64,000 nucleotides of DNA from Macrostomum hystrix (lineage: Eukaryota > Animalia > Platyhelminthes): positions 4,588,001 to 4,652,000 of the forward strand of contig CATNEN010000011.1 in assembly GCA_950097015.1 (NCBI GenBank). The letters are read 5' to 3'. The notes under the pieces are model-generated. The model did not search any database, had not been told where the DNA came from, and saw only the letters and a program-made list of their open reading frames with translations. A program made the translations under genes and the position numbers. Below, in pieces: positions 26,401 through 52,609 of the stretch (position 1 is its first letter; every line of letters begins with the position of its first letter).

Positions 26401-27274
26401 TGAAGGGGAGAATGAAAAAATCCGAGATGCCACAATATCACCAGGCCCAGCTATTATCGGCACAACGACCTGGCCTGCGATAGTCTAGTCCTGGCCCTGG
26501 AAGGCGAGTGCGGCCCGGGCGGTCTGACAGCTCGATTTTTCATGCACAACCGACTGCACGCACTGGTCAACGGCAGTTTCAGCCACGGCGCCACCTCGCC
26601 GAACGACCCGCTGTTCCCGCTGCACCATGCACAGGTGCGGCTTCGGAGACCGCTCCTGCAACCCCCCCTGCTCACCGAATCTGCCACCTCCTGCTCACCG
26701 AATCTACCTACCACCTACTGCTCACCGAATCTGCCACCTGCTCACCGAATCTGCCACCTCCTGCTCACCGAATCTGCCACCTCCAGCTCACCGAATCTGC
26801 CACCTCCAGCTCACCGAATCTGCCACCTCCTGCTCACCGAATCTGCCACCTCCTGCTCACCGAATCTGCCACCTCCAGCTCACCGAATCTGCCACCTCCA
26901 GCTCACCGAATCTGCCACCTCCTGCTCACCGAATCTGCCACCTCCTGCTCACCGAATCTGCCACCTCCTGCTCACCGAATCTGCCACCTCCAGCTCACCG
27001 AATCTGCCACCTGCTCACCGAATCTGCCACCTCCTGCTCACCTCCAATCTAGCCTCATCCAGCGTCCCCGCAGATCGATCGCATCCTAGAAGCATGGCTG
27101 AGTCGCTACGGACACTCCCGGGCGGTCCTGGAGCTGCCCGACAAGCATCAAGACAGACCTGGCCATGGCCCTGAAAGCTTCTTGGTCGGTTTCATTCCGC
27201 TGATGAAGGCCAAGGATGTGCTGGTGCCGACTGAGGCTCTGGGCTACACCTACGACACACTCGACATACCATGA
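23468..27274 (+). CDS. Tyrosinase-family (type-3 copper) protein with signal peptide and Cys-rich EGF-like N-terminus, no C-terminal TM helix
   Basis: Exons 23468-24124, 25635-25978, 26445-26634, 27074-27274 (TGA). Leu-rich signal peptide; CCP..CGG..RGVC..DDRLDWPLRFF..CRC..FGVSCESCKPGWAGPEC; CuA HFY..NHQGNNFLPWHR..ALPYWDWTD; CuB MHNRLH..NDPLFPLHHAQIDRILEAW; C-terminal LGYTYD. Confidence 0.93.
24150..25091 (+). mobile_element. Family A SINE split into 24150-24259 and 24845-25091 by a nested insertion (tyrosinase intron 1)
   Basis: The 5' head part and the 3' body/(ATT)n tail join seamlessly when 24260-24844 and one TSD copy are removed. Confidence 0.88.
24260..24844 (-). mobile_element. Second tRNA-headed SINE (family B, ~585 bp, GC-rich) nested in a family A SINE
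   Basis: Minus strand begins GGGGCGAGTGGGTCAGCGG..TAGTTCGATTCTCCC and ends CCTGCAAA(TAGA)n; flanked by direct repeat TTGGGGGCTTGT at 24248-24259 and 24845-24856. Confidence 0.82.
25392..25575. repeat. 29-bp array AAAAATCCCAGATTTACGAATCCCAAGTT
   Basis: Visible tandem units. Confidence 0.9.
26000..26420. repeat. Purine-rich compound array (GGGGAGAATGAAGGGGAAATGATGGGGATAATGAA..) in tyrosinase intron 2
   Basis: Visible tandem units. Confidence 0.88.
26668..27045. repeat. 23-bp array CTCACCGAATCTGCCACCTCCTG in tyrosinase intron 3
   Basis: Visible tandem units. Confidence 0.93.
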
Positions 27275-27459
27275 GCCAAAGGCTGCTGACTAAATTTACC
27301 TCCTGATTAAATGCCACGACGGGAGTAATCTGAACCGACAATAAATCATCACTGACTTCATTTCCAGTTCCAGTCTTTCCATTAGACATATCGTGCGGTT
27401 TTTGTTCTGTTTTGGTCTTATCTGACAATCTTGTTATTATCTTCTCCACTCTCACCTTT

Positions 27460-28180
27460 CTCACCATTTCTAAACCACTCTAGCTACCCCATTCCCATCT
27501 TTCTCACCCCATCTACCCCACTCCCATATTTCTCACCCCATCTACCCCACTCCCATCTCTTTCTCACCCCATCTACCCCACTCCCATATTTCTCACCCCA
27601 TCTACCCCACTCCCATCTCTTTCTCACCCTATCTACCCCACTCACATCTCTTTCTCACCCCATCTACCCCACTCACATCTCTTTCTCACCCCATCTACCC
27701 CACTCCAATCTTTCTCACCCCATCTACCCCACTCCCATATTTCTCACCCCATCTACCCCACTCCCATCTCTTTCTCACCCTATCTACCCCACTCACATCT
27801 CTTTCTCACCCCATCTACCCCACTCCCATCTTTCTCACCCCATCTACTCCACTCCCATCTCTTTCTCACCCTATCTACCCACTCCCATCTTTCTCACCCC
27901 ATCTACCCCACTCCCATCTTTCTCACCCCATCTACCCCACTCCCATCTTTCTCACCCCATCTACCCCACTCCCATCTTTCTCACCCTATCTACCCCACTC
28001 CCATCTTTCTCACCCTATCTACCCCACTCCCATCGCTTTCTCACCCCATCTACCCCACTCCCATCGCTTTCTCCCCCCATCTACCCCACTCCCATCTTTC
28101 TCACCCCATCTACCCCACTCCCATCTACCCTACTCCCACCTTTCTCACCCCATCTACCCCACTCCCATCTTTCTCACCCC
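27460..28180. repeat. ~30-bp array TTCTCACCCCATCTACCCCACTCCCATCT
   Basis: Visible tandem units. Confidence 0.93.
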
Positions 28181-28959
28181 AAAAGAAACACGCGGAAGCT
28201 AATTCCAGCCACTGCTCTAATCATATACTGTCGGAAATGTTAGACATCAGTTATCCTCGATAATTATAAATACATACAGTAGTTTGTTCGACATTTATTC
28301 TAATGTTTACAGGGTCCATTTAGAATGCGATGAGAAAACAGAACTAATTAACTGGCCAAACATTTTCAACGGAGAAATTCAGTGTTTCAAACATCTCATT
28401 GTTATGAAAAAGAACTATTACTTAAAGCAAGAACACTATTTTATAAACGCAATACTTCAAAAAGCAGACAGATTAGAAATAGATCTCACAGCAACTCTAA
28501 GCATTACATGATGCAGTTCATAGAAATTATAATCAGCTTCAGCAGAATTCACAAAAATGACAGCCAAATACTAACAAGCTAATCAATAAAATCAATGATA
28601 TATCGATCAAGATAAAAGTACATAAAATGACTCACAAATTGCCGTCACCTGTGCAAAGAAACTAGTCTTCTTCGAACAATAAAATACAAGCAATCACAGG
28701 TTTATAAAGCACTATTGTTACGCTGTTATATATTATAGTGTATATATTTTAAATAACAAAACGGAAACCATAGCAACTGGAAGCGAAGCAGAAGTTTAGA
28801 AAACAGTTATTAGTTCAAACTAATTAGTTGCTTTTTATACAAGTTTTTTGTTTGAATGCATGATAAAATGAATTTTTCAACATCCGATTAATCAGAACGC
28901 ATTTAATTATATGTTTGAATCCGATACAGAATGTTAGTCTGTAGAGATTCAGGATGAGT

Positions 28960-29780
28960 GAATTGGGATCTTTGTAAATTGGGACTTTAGTGAAGTAGGA
29001 TCTTAGCGAATTGGGATCTTGGTGAATTGGGATCTTGGTGAATAGGGATCTTGGTGAATTGGGATCTTGGTGAATAGGGATCTTGGTGAATAGGGATCTT
29101 GGTGAATAGGGATCTTGGTGAATTGGGATCTTGGTGAATAGGGATCTTGGTGAATAGGGATCTTGGTGAATGGGGATCTTGGTGAATTGAGATCTTGGTG
29201 AATAGGGATCTTGGTGAATAGAGATCTTGGTGAATAGGGATCTTGGTGAATAGGGATCTTGGTGAATAGAGATCTTGGTGAATAGGGATCTTGGTGAATA
29301 GAGATCTTGGTGAATGGGGATCTTGGTGAATAGGGATCTTGGTGAATAGGGATCTTGTTGAATAGGGATCTTGGTGAATGGGGATCTTGGTGAATAGAGA
29401 TCTTGGTGAATAGGGATCTTGGTGAATAGGGATCTTGTTGAATAGGGATCTTGGTGAATAGGGATCTTGGTGAATAGGGATCTTGGTGAATTGAGATCTT
29501 GGTGAATAGGGATCTTGGTGAATAGAGATCTTGGTGAATAGGGATCTTGGTGAATAGGGATCTTGGTGAATAGGGATCTTGGTGAATAGGGATCTTGGTG
29601 AATAGGGATCTTGGTGAATGGGGATCTTGGTGAATTGAGATCTTGGTGAATTGGGATCTTGGTGAATTGGGATCTTGGTGAATAGGGATCTTAGCGAATT
29701 GGGATCTTGGTGAATTGGGATCTTGGTGAATAGGGATCTTGGCGAATAGGGATCTTTGTGAATTGGGATCTCAGTTAATT
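28960..29780. repeat. 16-bp array GGGATCTTGGTGAATA
   Basis: Visible tandem units. Confidence 0.95.
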
Positions 29781-29964
29781 GGATTTTACATATCTACGGA
29801 TTTCTATATATTTAATTATGACAAGATGCGTGAATGCGTATTTCAAAGCTAGCAAAACGTGATTTATATAACAAAATATTTGTGTACACACAGTAAAATA
29901 GATTGACAGGTCCAGCTGTTAAAAAGTGGTGCCAATTTAAACACAAAATTTCTATTAATTTGAC

Positions 29965-30340
29965 TGACATGGCAATCCAAGAAACCAAAATGGCAATCCA
30001 AGAATACCAAAATGGCAATCCAAGATACCAAAATAGCAACCCAAGATACCAAAATAGCAACCCAAGATACCAAAATGGCAATCCAAGAATACAAAAATGG
30101 CAATCCAAGATACCAAAATGGCAATCCAAGATACCAAAATGGCAATCCAAGATACCAAAATGGCAATCCAAGATACCAATATGGCAATCCAAGAATACCA
30201 AAATGGCAATCCAAGATACCAAAATGGCAATCCAAGATACCAAAATGGCAATCCAAGATACCAAAATGGCAATCCAAGATACCAAAATGAAAATCCAAGA
30301 TACCAAAATGGCAATCCAAGATAACAAAATGGCAATTTAA
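29965..30340. repeat. 21-bp array TGGCAATCCAAGATACCAAAA
   Basis: Visible tandem units. Confidence 0.92.
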
Positions 30341-30564
30341 GTTACCGAAATGGCAATCCAAGATATCAAAGTGGCGATCAAATTGACTAAAAATGGCAAT
30401 CAAATTTTCCAAAACGGCCATCCAAGATACCAAAGTGGCGATCATATTTACCAAAATGGCACCCCAATATTCCATGATTTCAATGGTTTCTTTAAATTGA
30501 AGGTTAGTAATTCTTTATGTTTTTATATAAAGGGCGTTAAAAAACTATTTCCTTAACCCGCAGG

Positions 30565-44294
<13,730 letters not shown>

Positions 44295-47200
44295 TCAAAT
44301 AATTTACAAATTTTACTTAAGCTGCATGAAATCCAACAGTGAGCAAGCCTAATGACAAGGCATAACTGATTGACAGCTTGAGTTGTAGATATTATCTGAA
44401 ATCTAATGTTTAGATAAAATATTAAACACAATTGGAAAGCATTTCGAACTTGTCATATATTGTCACTATCACTTTTCTAAAACCATAGCACTTTTCACCA
44501 AGGATTCGAATTGTTTTTGTTTGAACAATTTTTTAAAACTATTTTGCTAAACTACTTTTAGCATATAATTTGCATATTGTCACTTTTTTAGTAAATAGCT
44601 TTGTAGCCATTATGGCTAAGATTAGTATCTTTAGCTAACTTTTCTTTTTTAGCATAATAAAAAGCAACTTTTTATTAAGTGAATTGCACCAGCTGAACTG
44701 AAAAAAAATTAATAGCAAGCCAAGTAAGTTTGATTTATTTATCACTTTTATATTACAATATACTATTTTCACCAAAAATATTTCATTTAGTCAATGTCGT
44801 ATATTTTAGTATTGGTATATCAATATTTTTATTTTATTGTCATTGAATTGAAACAAGTTTGTGACTTAATTCTCAACTTATGATGGTCAAAAACAAACTA
44901 TAATAACCATTTGTTCCCCTAGCACTTGATTATGCCTAAGTTAACTTTTATGTGAAATACAAGAATCAATTAAAATAAAATTTAGCTAGGTCTGGAGTCT
45001 AGAGCCTGAAGTCAACAACTTTGAGCAATTTGAATTAATAGCAAAGTAAAATTTTTTTTTAATATAAGACCAATTGACCTTATAATTCTTATTTAGGATA
45101 ATATGCTTTGTATATATTTCAACTGTATAAAGGTTAGAAAATTTTATTGTATTGTTTATCATTACACTGATCACAGTATTATTTAGGTAAGCATAAATAT
45201 ATATTACTCAAGATAACAAGTAGAATTGGCAAACTATAAATTCAACAAAACTATATTATACTTATACTAAATACTTAAGCCTAGGCCTACTCATAGTCAT
45301 ACATCATACTCATAGTCACTGTGTTATCATTAACTAGAATTTATTTTCATAAACATTAGAACAACAAAGGGGGGAATTCCCCTTTAAGTGTTCTTGACAT
45401 TATTTGTGCTACACCTAAATAGAACAACAAAAGCACACAAAACTTAAGAACATGGGCCAACTTTTGTTGCTTATTTTCTGAAACAATAATCAAGATGCCA
45501 CTGCTTGCCAGCACTTCAAACCATCAAAATATTCCTAATTCTGGCCAAAGATCCCATTTTTCCTATAAGCTCTAGGCCCTAGGGTATATCATACACATTT
45601 ATACACAAATTAGCACTGTGCCTCAGCACTGCCTTGCCAGGCCTTCAAAATTTATCAGCATGTCACCCAAATGTACCTGCATCATCTCTACATTTGATGG
45701 TCACCTATGCCTACCTATATATATATATATATATCGACTGCTTGAACTTCAAGGGCTACAACAGGTAGAACTAGGCTAGGCCTACTATGGACACCCTGAT
45801 ACAAATTTCTCCAATTTCACTAATCAAGCCTATATATTAGGCACAGCTTGACCACAGTACACCAACACCATCACCTAGTATGTCAACTAATCAGTCACCA
45901 CCCAATACTTAGCATCATACATGCGCAACACCCGGCCGAACCGGCCAGGTGAAATGAGTGCCAATGCCAAGCAAGGTAGGGGCCTAAGTCGCAAAAACCA
46001 ATCAACCAAGCGAAAAAAATCAAAGGGGGGACCAGACAAAAAGGAAGGCGTGAAGAAAAGGAAAAAGAGGAGAGAAAAAGAGAGCAAATGAGAGCAAACT
46101 AAGTCATAAATAGAGCAATGAAATGAACTAAGTCACAAATGAGAGCAAACTAAGTCGTAAATAGAGCAAAAACTAAGTCGCACAGCCGGCTAAGATTTGG
46201 GAGGTTGCGCATGTATGCTTGGCATTCAGGCACTGCCAAAAATTGTAGGTTCCCCTTGTTATACCAAACATGTGGCAAAATGGCTTGGTAGTCTTACTGT
46301 CAAAATGAAGCCCAAGCAACAATGACAATGTCTAGCTCATCACTCATAAGTCATGAGTCATGACATGAGTGGTACTGTGCATTAGGAGTTACATTTAATC
46401 GAAATTCTTACTGTGACTTCTGTTATGCGTCTACTATACATAACCCAAATTAAATACTATCAGTCTATCACTAACCACGGATAATCTACAGTTAAAAGAA
46501 ATGATTCTTTAATTAGAACTCTAAATTACAAAGACAAAAATATAGAGCAAATTCAGCAGGGCCAGGCTCATGTGTAAGTCCAGTATCCAACTTTATAGTT
46601 TAGGGCCTAATAAGAACCCTTAAAATACATAATGCAAAATTATATTTGTACCAAAAAATAATTAACACACGGTTTTACGCGTCTTCAGACATTGAGACCT
46701 GAGACATTGAGACCTGAGAGGCTGAGACATTCAGACCTGATTATTATCAGAAAAAATTAAAATGCGTATAATACCTTTTAGTACATTACGAACTAACGAA
46801 AATATTAGTTATTCCGTAAAATAGCATTTTTAACATTGCACTGCAGTAATTTTTTATAAGCAGAAAATCCAATGGCACTACAATTTTTGTTAGTTTACTT
46901 GTTCTCTCGCAAAAGAAAAACAGCACGTTTTCAACTTGCGTGGTTTATAGAAATCGGATCCAGTAGGACTCACTTTACTTTACTATAGTTATATCTGCAA
47001 GTAGTTTTCTGGTTACTGGCGAGAATTCCTTCCATATTTCCATTGGATAAAAAGCGAGTCGGTAATATTTTGACATTACATGCTCTCCAAACCTAGTTTA
47101 AAATTTTTTGCGTGTTATAATCTAGAAGGCAAAAACATTTTTTTTAGAATGCAATATGTATTAACTATTGTAGCGGCTTATACAAGTAAAATTAACTTAA

Positions 47201-47854
47201 GCATGCATGAAATTGTCCAAATTTTTATAGACTCACATTAAAATGTATAATTTTGGTAAACTAATAAGTTTTATTTACTTAAAAGCGATGAAAAATCTTT
47301 CCTAATGAAGCCATCATGTTAGAAATTTTAGTGTTATCAACTGTTCAACTTTTTTTCTAAAATTACAAAAAAGATAATACAAAATTTCGGATTGTTTATA
47401 ATGAGTTATATATAGAAGCTTTATTTAATAATTTTTAGTGCTTTTTTGTTTCTTCTCAAAACATTCTTTGGAAAAGATCAAATATTAGTTTTTTTATTTA
47501 GGAGGTAAGTTAGTTTCTTATAAATCAAACCAATATAGCATGTTTACATCATAATCTAGATTCCTATCTTACTCTTTTCAATCATTCGGGTAACAGTGTA
47601 GCTTAATATGCTTATAGTGGTAACAAAAATTAAAGTTGCAAGTATTGTTTTTAAATGCATTTGTTGAACGCAGTATTTGGCTGTTTTCTTGAATAAATTA
47701 TTTGAAAAAATACATATATATCTATTCACGAATTTTAGCTGCCAAAAGGACTAAACAAAGGCACAACTGGCACCAGCAGAATCACCAAATTGACATTTTT
47801 TCTGTCTCTCTGCTGCCCAAAAGAAGAAAAAGCTGCCAGAGATACGATTTTGAC

Positions 47855-50800
47855 ATGTCCGATTTGATCATAGCTCCACAATCGGACACCACCATGGCAT
47901 TGAATGGCAACGGCTTGAAGAAACCAGAAGATTATGGAATTCTTGCCGCAGATGAAGCTTCGCTGGATGATGCTGTAGAAACTGAAGAACTCACCGAAGA
48001 TGTTGAAGCCGATAGTGAAAATGTAGCAGCGTCCGATATGACCAACGCTGTTGAACTAGATCCGCAGGATGTCGACACATTTGGCTCAATCGGCTGCAAC
48101 ACCGGCTGCAGCGGCGGTAGCTCCGGTGAGCACATTGTCATGGTGCACGTTGGCGCCGGAGAGACATTCTGCGTTCGGGTGGGCGATCAGGTGCAGCACG
48201 TACGTGGACCTGCTACAGTTCGAATGGTGTCAACTAATGGGCCACCGATGCCCATGCAGATGCAGGTATGACCATAGACAATACAAATTGTACAATATTT
48301 CAGTGAATTCTCTGTTCTTAGTAAATCAGTGATTTTTTAAACATTAAATTGTTTAATCGCAGGTTCCACCTGGTCATCTAGTTCAGCAAATTGTTGACGA
48401 AAATGGCATTTTGACGCACGTCATTTTGGCGCCACAGATGGGCACAGGGCCGTATTATTTCCCTGGCGTGTTGCCGGGCAATCTAATGCTGCCGTCGCAT
48501 ATTGCACTGACTCCAGTTAGCGGCTATGCTACCGACACCGCGTCCAGTAAGCGCTGGGGAGTGTGGTGGCGGAGTGGGGTTGGCGATCTATTTTTAGATT
48601 TTGGCGGCGGAGGGAGAGAATCTACCAGTGTTTATTTGTTGTGGGGTTAGGGAGTTAAGAGAGAATGTACATCAATCGCAGGCTTTAGATCGATAATATC
48701 GATTGTTGTAAGGTTAGGGAGTTAAGAGAGAATGTACATTATTTACAAGCTTTCTATAGATAATTATCAATCAATGAAAAAATAGTGTATTTTGGGTCGT
48801 TGCAAGCGCAGAACGCAGAAAATACAGGCCAATTTTTGTCTACAATTTTCTTTTTTAATTTTTAATATTTTTCTTGATTGCTCTTCTGAGTTTCGCTTCT
48901 GCAGCTCGTAATTTTCTTGATTTCTTAATTTTTCGAAAAAATAATTATTTCAAATAAGTTTGAAAGATCTATTGCAATCGATTTAAAGAAAGTATTTTTC
49001 TAGCTAGATACAATCTGCATTCCTCTGGGGGGAAGGAGGTGCTCGTATTTCCTAGTTTTGTTTCCAAGAATTAGATTTGAATATAAAAACAAACAATATC
49101 TTCTCCTACAACGGCTGCTCTATTCGATAGTATTGGTTTTTTAAGTCGGAAACAATTTTTTTGTCAGCGAAAACAAACACAAGATTTATTGCGTTACAAA
49201 ATATTTATGCCTATTCTGGTAGGTTCTCTAGTTGAAAAGAAGATTGCTTCTTCTTACTTTCTACTGCAAAGATTTATGCAGCTTTAACAAAACGTTTCTC
49301 AGCTGTCCTCCATTTGTCATTCTCACGCCAGTGGAGAGTGTTTTAAATCACGTCAAACCATTAGAATTTCTACGAATTAAATTTCAATTCTAGTGAGTGT
49401 ATAGTATTCTAGACTTTATATATTTTTTATTTATATCTATAATTAGATGCAGATATTTTTGTTTGGCATTTTGCCAACCATTTTTTTGTTTGGCAATAGT
49501 GAGTGAGAGAGATAGATTATTTCAACATTATTATTGCCTGCGTAGGATGCTGTTTCTGTGTTCAACCGCTTGTGACACACTATTATTAGATTGAAAAACT
49601 GAGATTACATGCGTGCTAAGATATATTTGCGTGTGTTTTCATGTAGACGCTTAACTTGTTCTCAATTTCAGACCTCTCGTATTAAGTCTAGAATTATCCT
49701 CACTATAATGACTTTATGGTTGTCTCTGTCTGCTTTTGTGTCTGTATCTCATATTTTCGTCAACTCGATCATCCGGTTGGCTGAAGTATCACTGCACAGT
49801 GATTGCGTGTTGTCCTCAATTCATCTCAGCTTTGAGACAGCTTTGATTTGTTCGTAATAAATCTAACTGTAAAAATAGAGAAGATAAATTATTTTGGGAG
49901 GCCAATTTTAACAGCTAACTCATGGACACCGCTTGCTGTTACGTGCTGAGAATCGAACTCCCGACCTCTTATTTAGAAGTCACTGTTTTGCATGTTTACT
50001 AGTTGAGATCATCTACATTGTCATTAGCGTCACTCTTAAAGTCTCGAGCTAATTGTGATTTAACTACGTAAAAAAAGCACGGCACACAGCCCCACCCACA
50101 CTTATCGACGCGTGGGCGGCGATAGATTTTATTGCGACATTGAAAGATTTCTGGCATTGAGGCCGATGAGAAGGTGGCGTAGTGACAGAGAGAGAGAAGA
50201 GAGAGGGGCAAAATATGCCGTTCTTGGATGGCTGGGTTAGGCAGACTGGGAAAATAATGCCCAAATTTAGTAGTCGCAGGAGATTAGGAAAGGGCTCGAG
50301 GGTAAGAAGAGGTTTTTGGGGTGGCAATCCTTTGCACTTTGAGTACGAGTGTCTCTATGATGAAGAGTCCCCCCTGCCCCCCTGCCCGCCGCCCGTACCA
50401 AGTCTGGCCAAAGCTTTCACTTTTGTATTATTTCGTCTCTCTCTGTGTGCTGTGTTTGGTTCTTTTTTCAAACTAAAATTGGCTTACTGGTCAGTTTTGT
50501 ATGGGCTTGCACCATAAGTGCGTGGCTATGTAATAAATAAGCTATTTTTAGCCGCACCGCTCTTCCAATCCCTTCTCCCTCTACCCGTCTCCTACCCTCC
50601 AAATTTCTCCTTTGCCTCCTCTGCTCTCGTCTCTTTCTTGTTTGATTTTCAAAGCTTTAAGCAAATCTTGGGGATTCTCCATCAGCTCGTTCCCTAACCC
50701 TAACCCTAACCCTAACCCTAACCCTAACCTGTCTCACTTATTTCCCTTTCTCTCAGTAGGTCTCTGTCTGTCTGCCTGTCTGTCTATGTCGTTCTGAGTT

Positions 50801-52569
50801 GCTACTCTTTCTAACTCAATCTGTACATCACAATCAAACTTTCTTTGATGCTCATCAATGAAGACTTATTAACTGTTTACATAACTATTGATGTTTTTGG
50901 AGACTTAATGATAGTGTACGTCTTTGAAATGTAGCACTAGAACAAAAAGCAAAATAAAAGTGCACATTCGTGCTACAGATTCTGGCTTTGTTAGACCATA
51001 GTTCAAAGGCACTTTCCAAGTGTATTGATAAATTTATTTTTTTTGTTTTACTGCATTAGGAATCTAGCAAATGTTAGTGTTTGATCTAGTGCTGCTGCTG
51101 CTGCTGCTGCTGCTGCTTCTGTAGCTTGAATTTATTAATCAATTTTTTCGTTTTAAGCAAGACCTAATCTTGCTCTCCATTTTCAAGGACAAACGGAGGT
51201 GTGTTTGAGCGGTACTATAGCTAATTTTAATCAATCGATGTGCGATTTCAGGATTCTAAGAAACTAATATTATCGATTAGCGTGATTTATGCATGAACTC
51301 TCAAAGGCGGTACCCAGCATGTCTTTCTCTCTCTTTCAAGTGATCGATTATTTGTTTTTTTCTATTAAAAAAACATCACAAGCCACTCCAGATTTCCATG
51401 TTCAATTCTTTTCTGCACATTTTTTGTTCGACTAAACCTAGGAATTATTTAATTTTAGATTAGAATGAGACATTTTGAGAATATTTCAAGCAATTAATTT
51501 CCTTCAACTCGCTACTTGAAATATGTCCCGCCTCCCGAGAAGACTAGGGGATGCATTTCCGGGAAAACTGGCGAACTTAATTTCCCACATACTAGAATGA
51601 ATCCATCGCTCTTTAACACCAAGACCTACCCACACTGAATTCATTTATAGCTTCGAACTTTCGCTATCTAATTTGTCATCATTTCCCTTCTCATAATATT
51701 GTCTTTCTCCCCCATTAACGTTTTCTTTCTCCCCCACTCGCGCTTTCTTTCTCCCCCCCACTCGCGCTTTCTTTCTCCCCCCACTCACGCTTTCTTTCTA
51801 CCCCCCACTCACGCTTTCTTTCTACCCCCACTCACGCTTTCTTTCTACCCCCTCTCACGCTTTCTTTCTACCCCCACTCACGCTTTCTTTCTACCCCCAC
51901 TCACGCTTTTTTCTCCCCCTAATTCTCGCATTCCCTCTCCCCCTAATTCTCGCTTTCTTTCTCCCAATAATTCTCGCTTTCTTTCTCCCCCTAATTTTCG
52001 CTTTCTTTCTACGCCTAATTCTCGATTTCTTTCTCCCCCTAATTCTCGATTTCTTTCTCCCCCTAATTCTCGCATTCTTTCTCCCCCTAATTTTCGTTTT
52101 TTTTCTCCCCCTAATTCTCGCATTCTTTCTCCCCCTAATTCTCGCATTCTTTCTCCCCCTAATTCTCGCATTCTTTCTCCCCCTAATTCTCGCATTCTTT
52201 CTACCCCTAATTCTCGCATTCTTTCTCCCCCTAATTCTCGCATTCTTTCTCCCCCTTTTTTTCGCTTTTTTCTCCCCCTAATTCTCGCATTCTTTCTCCC
52301 CCTAATTCTCGCATTCTTTCTCCCCCTAATTCTCGCATTCTTTCTCCCCCTAATTCTCGCATTCTTTCTACCCTATATTTTCGCCCACCAGTGGACACCA
52401 GCGGCGACGCATTCCCGGCGACTGCCCAGCAGCAGGCGTCTAGCACCGGGTCAGCCTGCGGTGCCGCGGCTAGCAACGATGAGTTCTGGTACTCGCCAGC
52501 TTATCAGCACTGCAAGAGGTCCGTGCCAGTTGGTGGTCGACTGCAACGAATCAGAAAGTCGCCAGATCG

Positions 52570-52609
<40 letters not shown>

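Noticed and set aside
26508-27174. ORFs running through tyrosinase intron 3
   Set aside because: The 439-nt intron has canonical GT-AG ends, and splicing restores the conserved HHAQ|IDRIL motif; the open frame comes from the stop-free 23-bp repeat.
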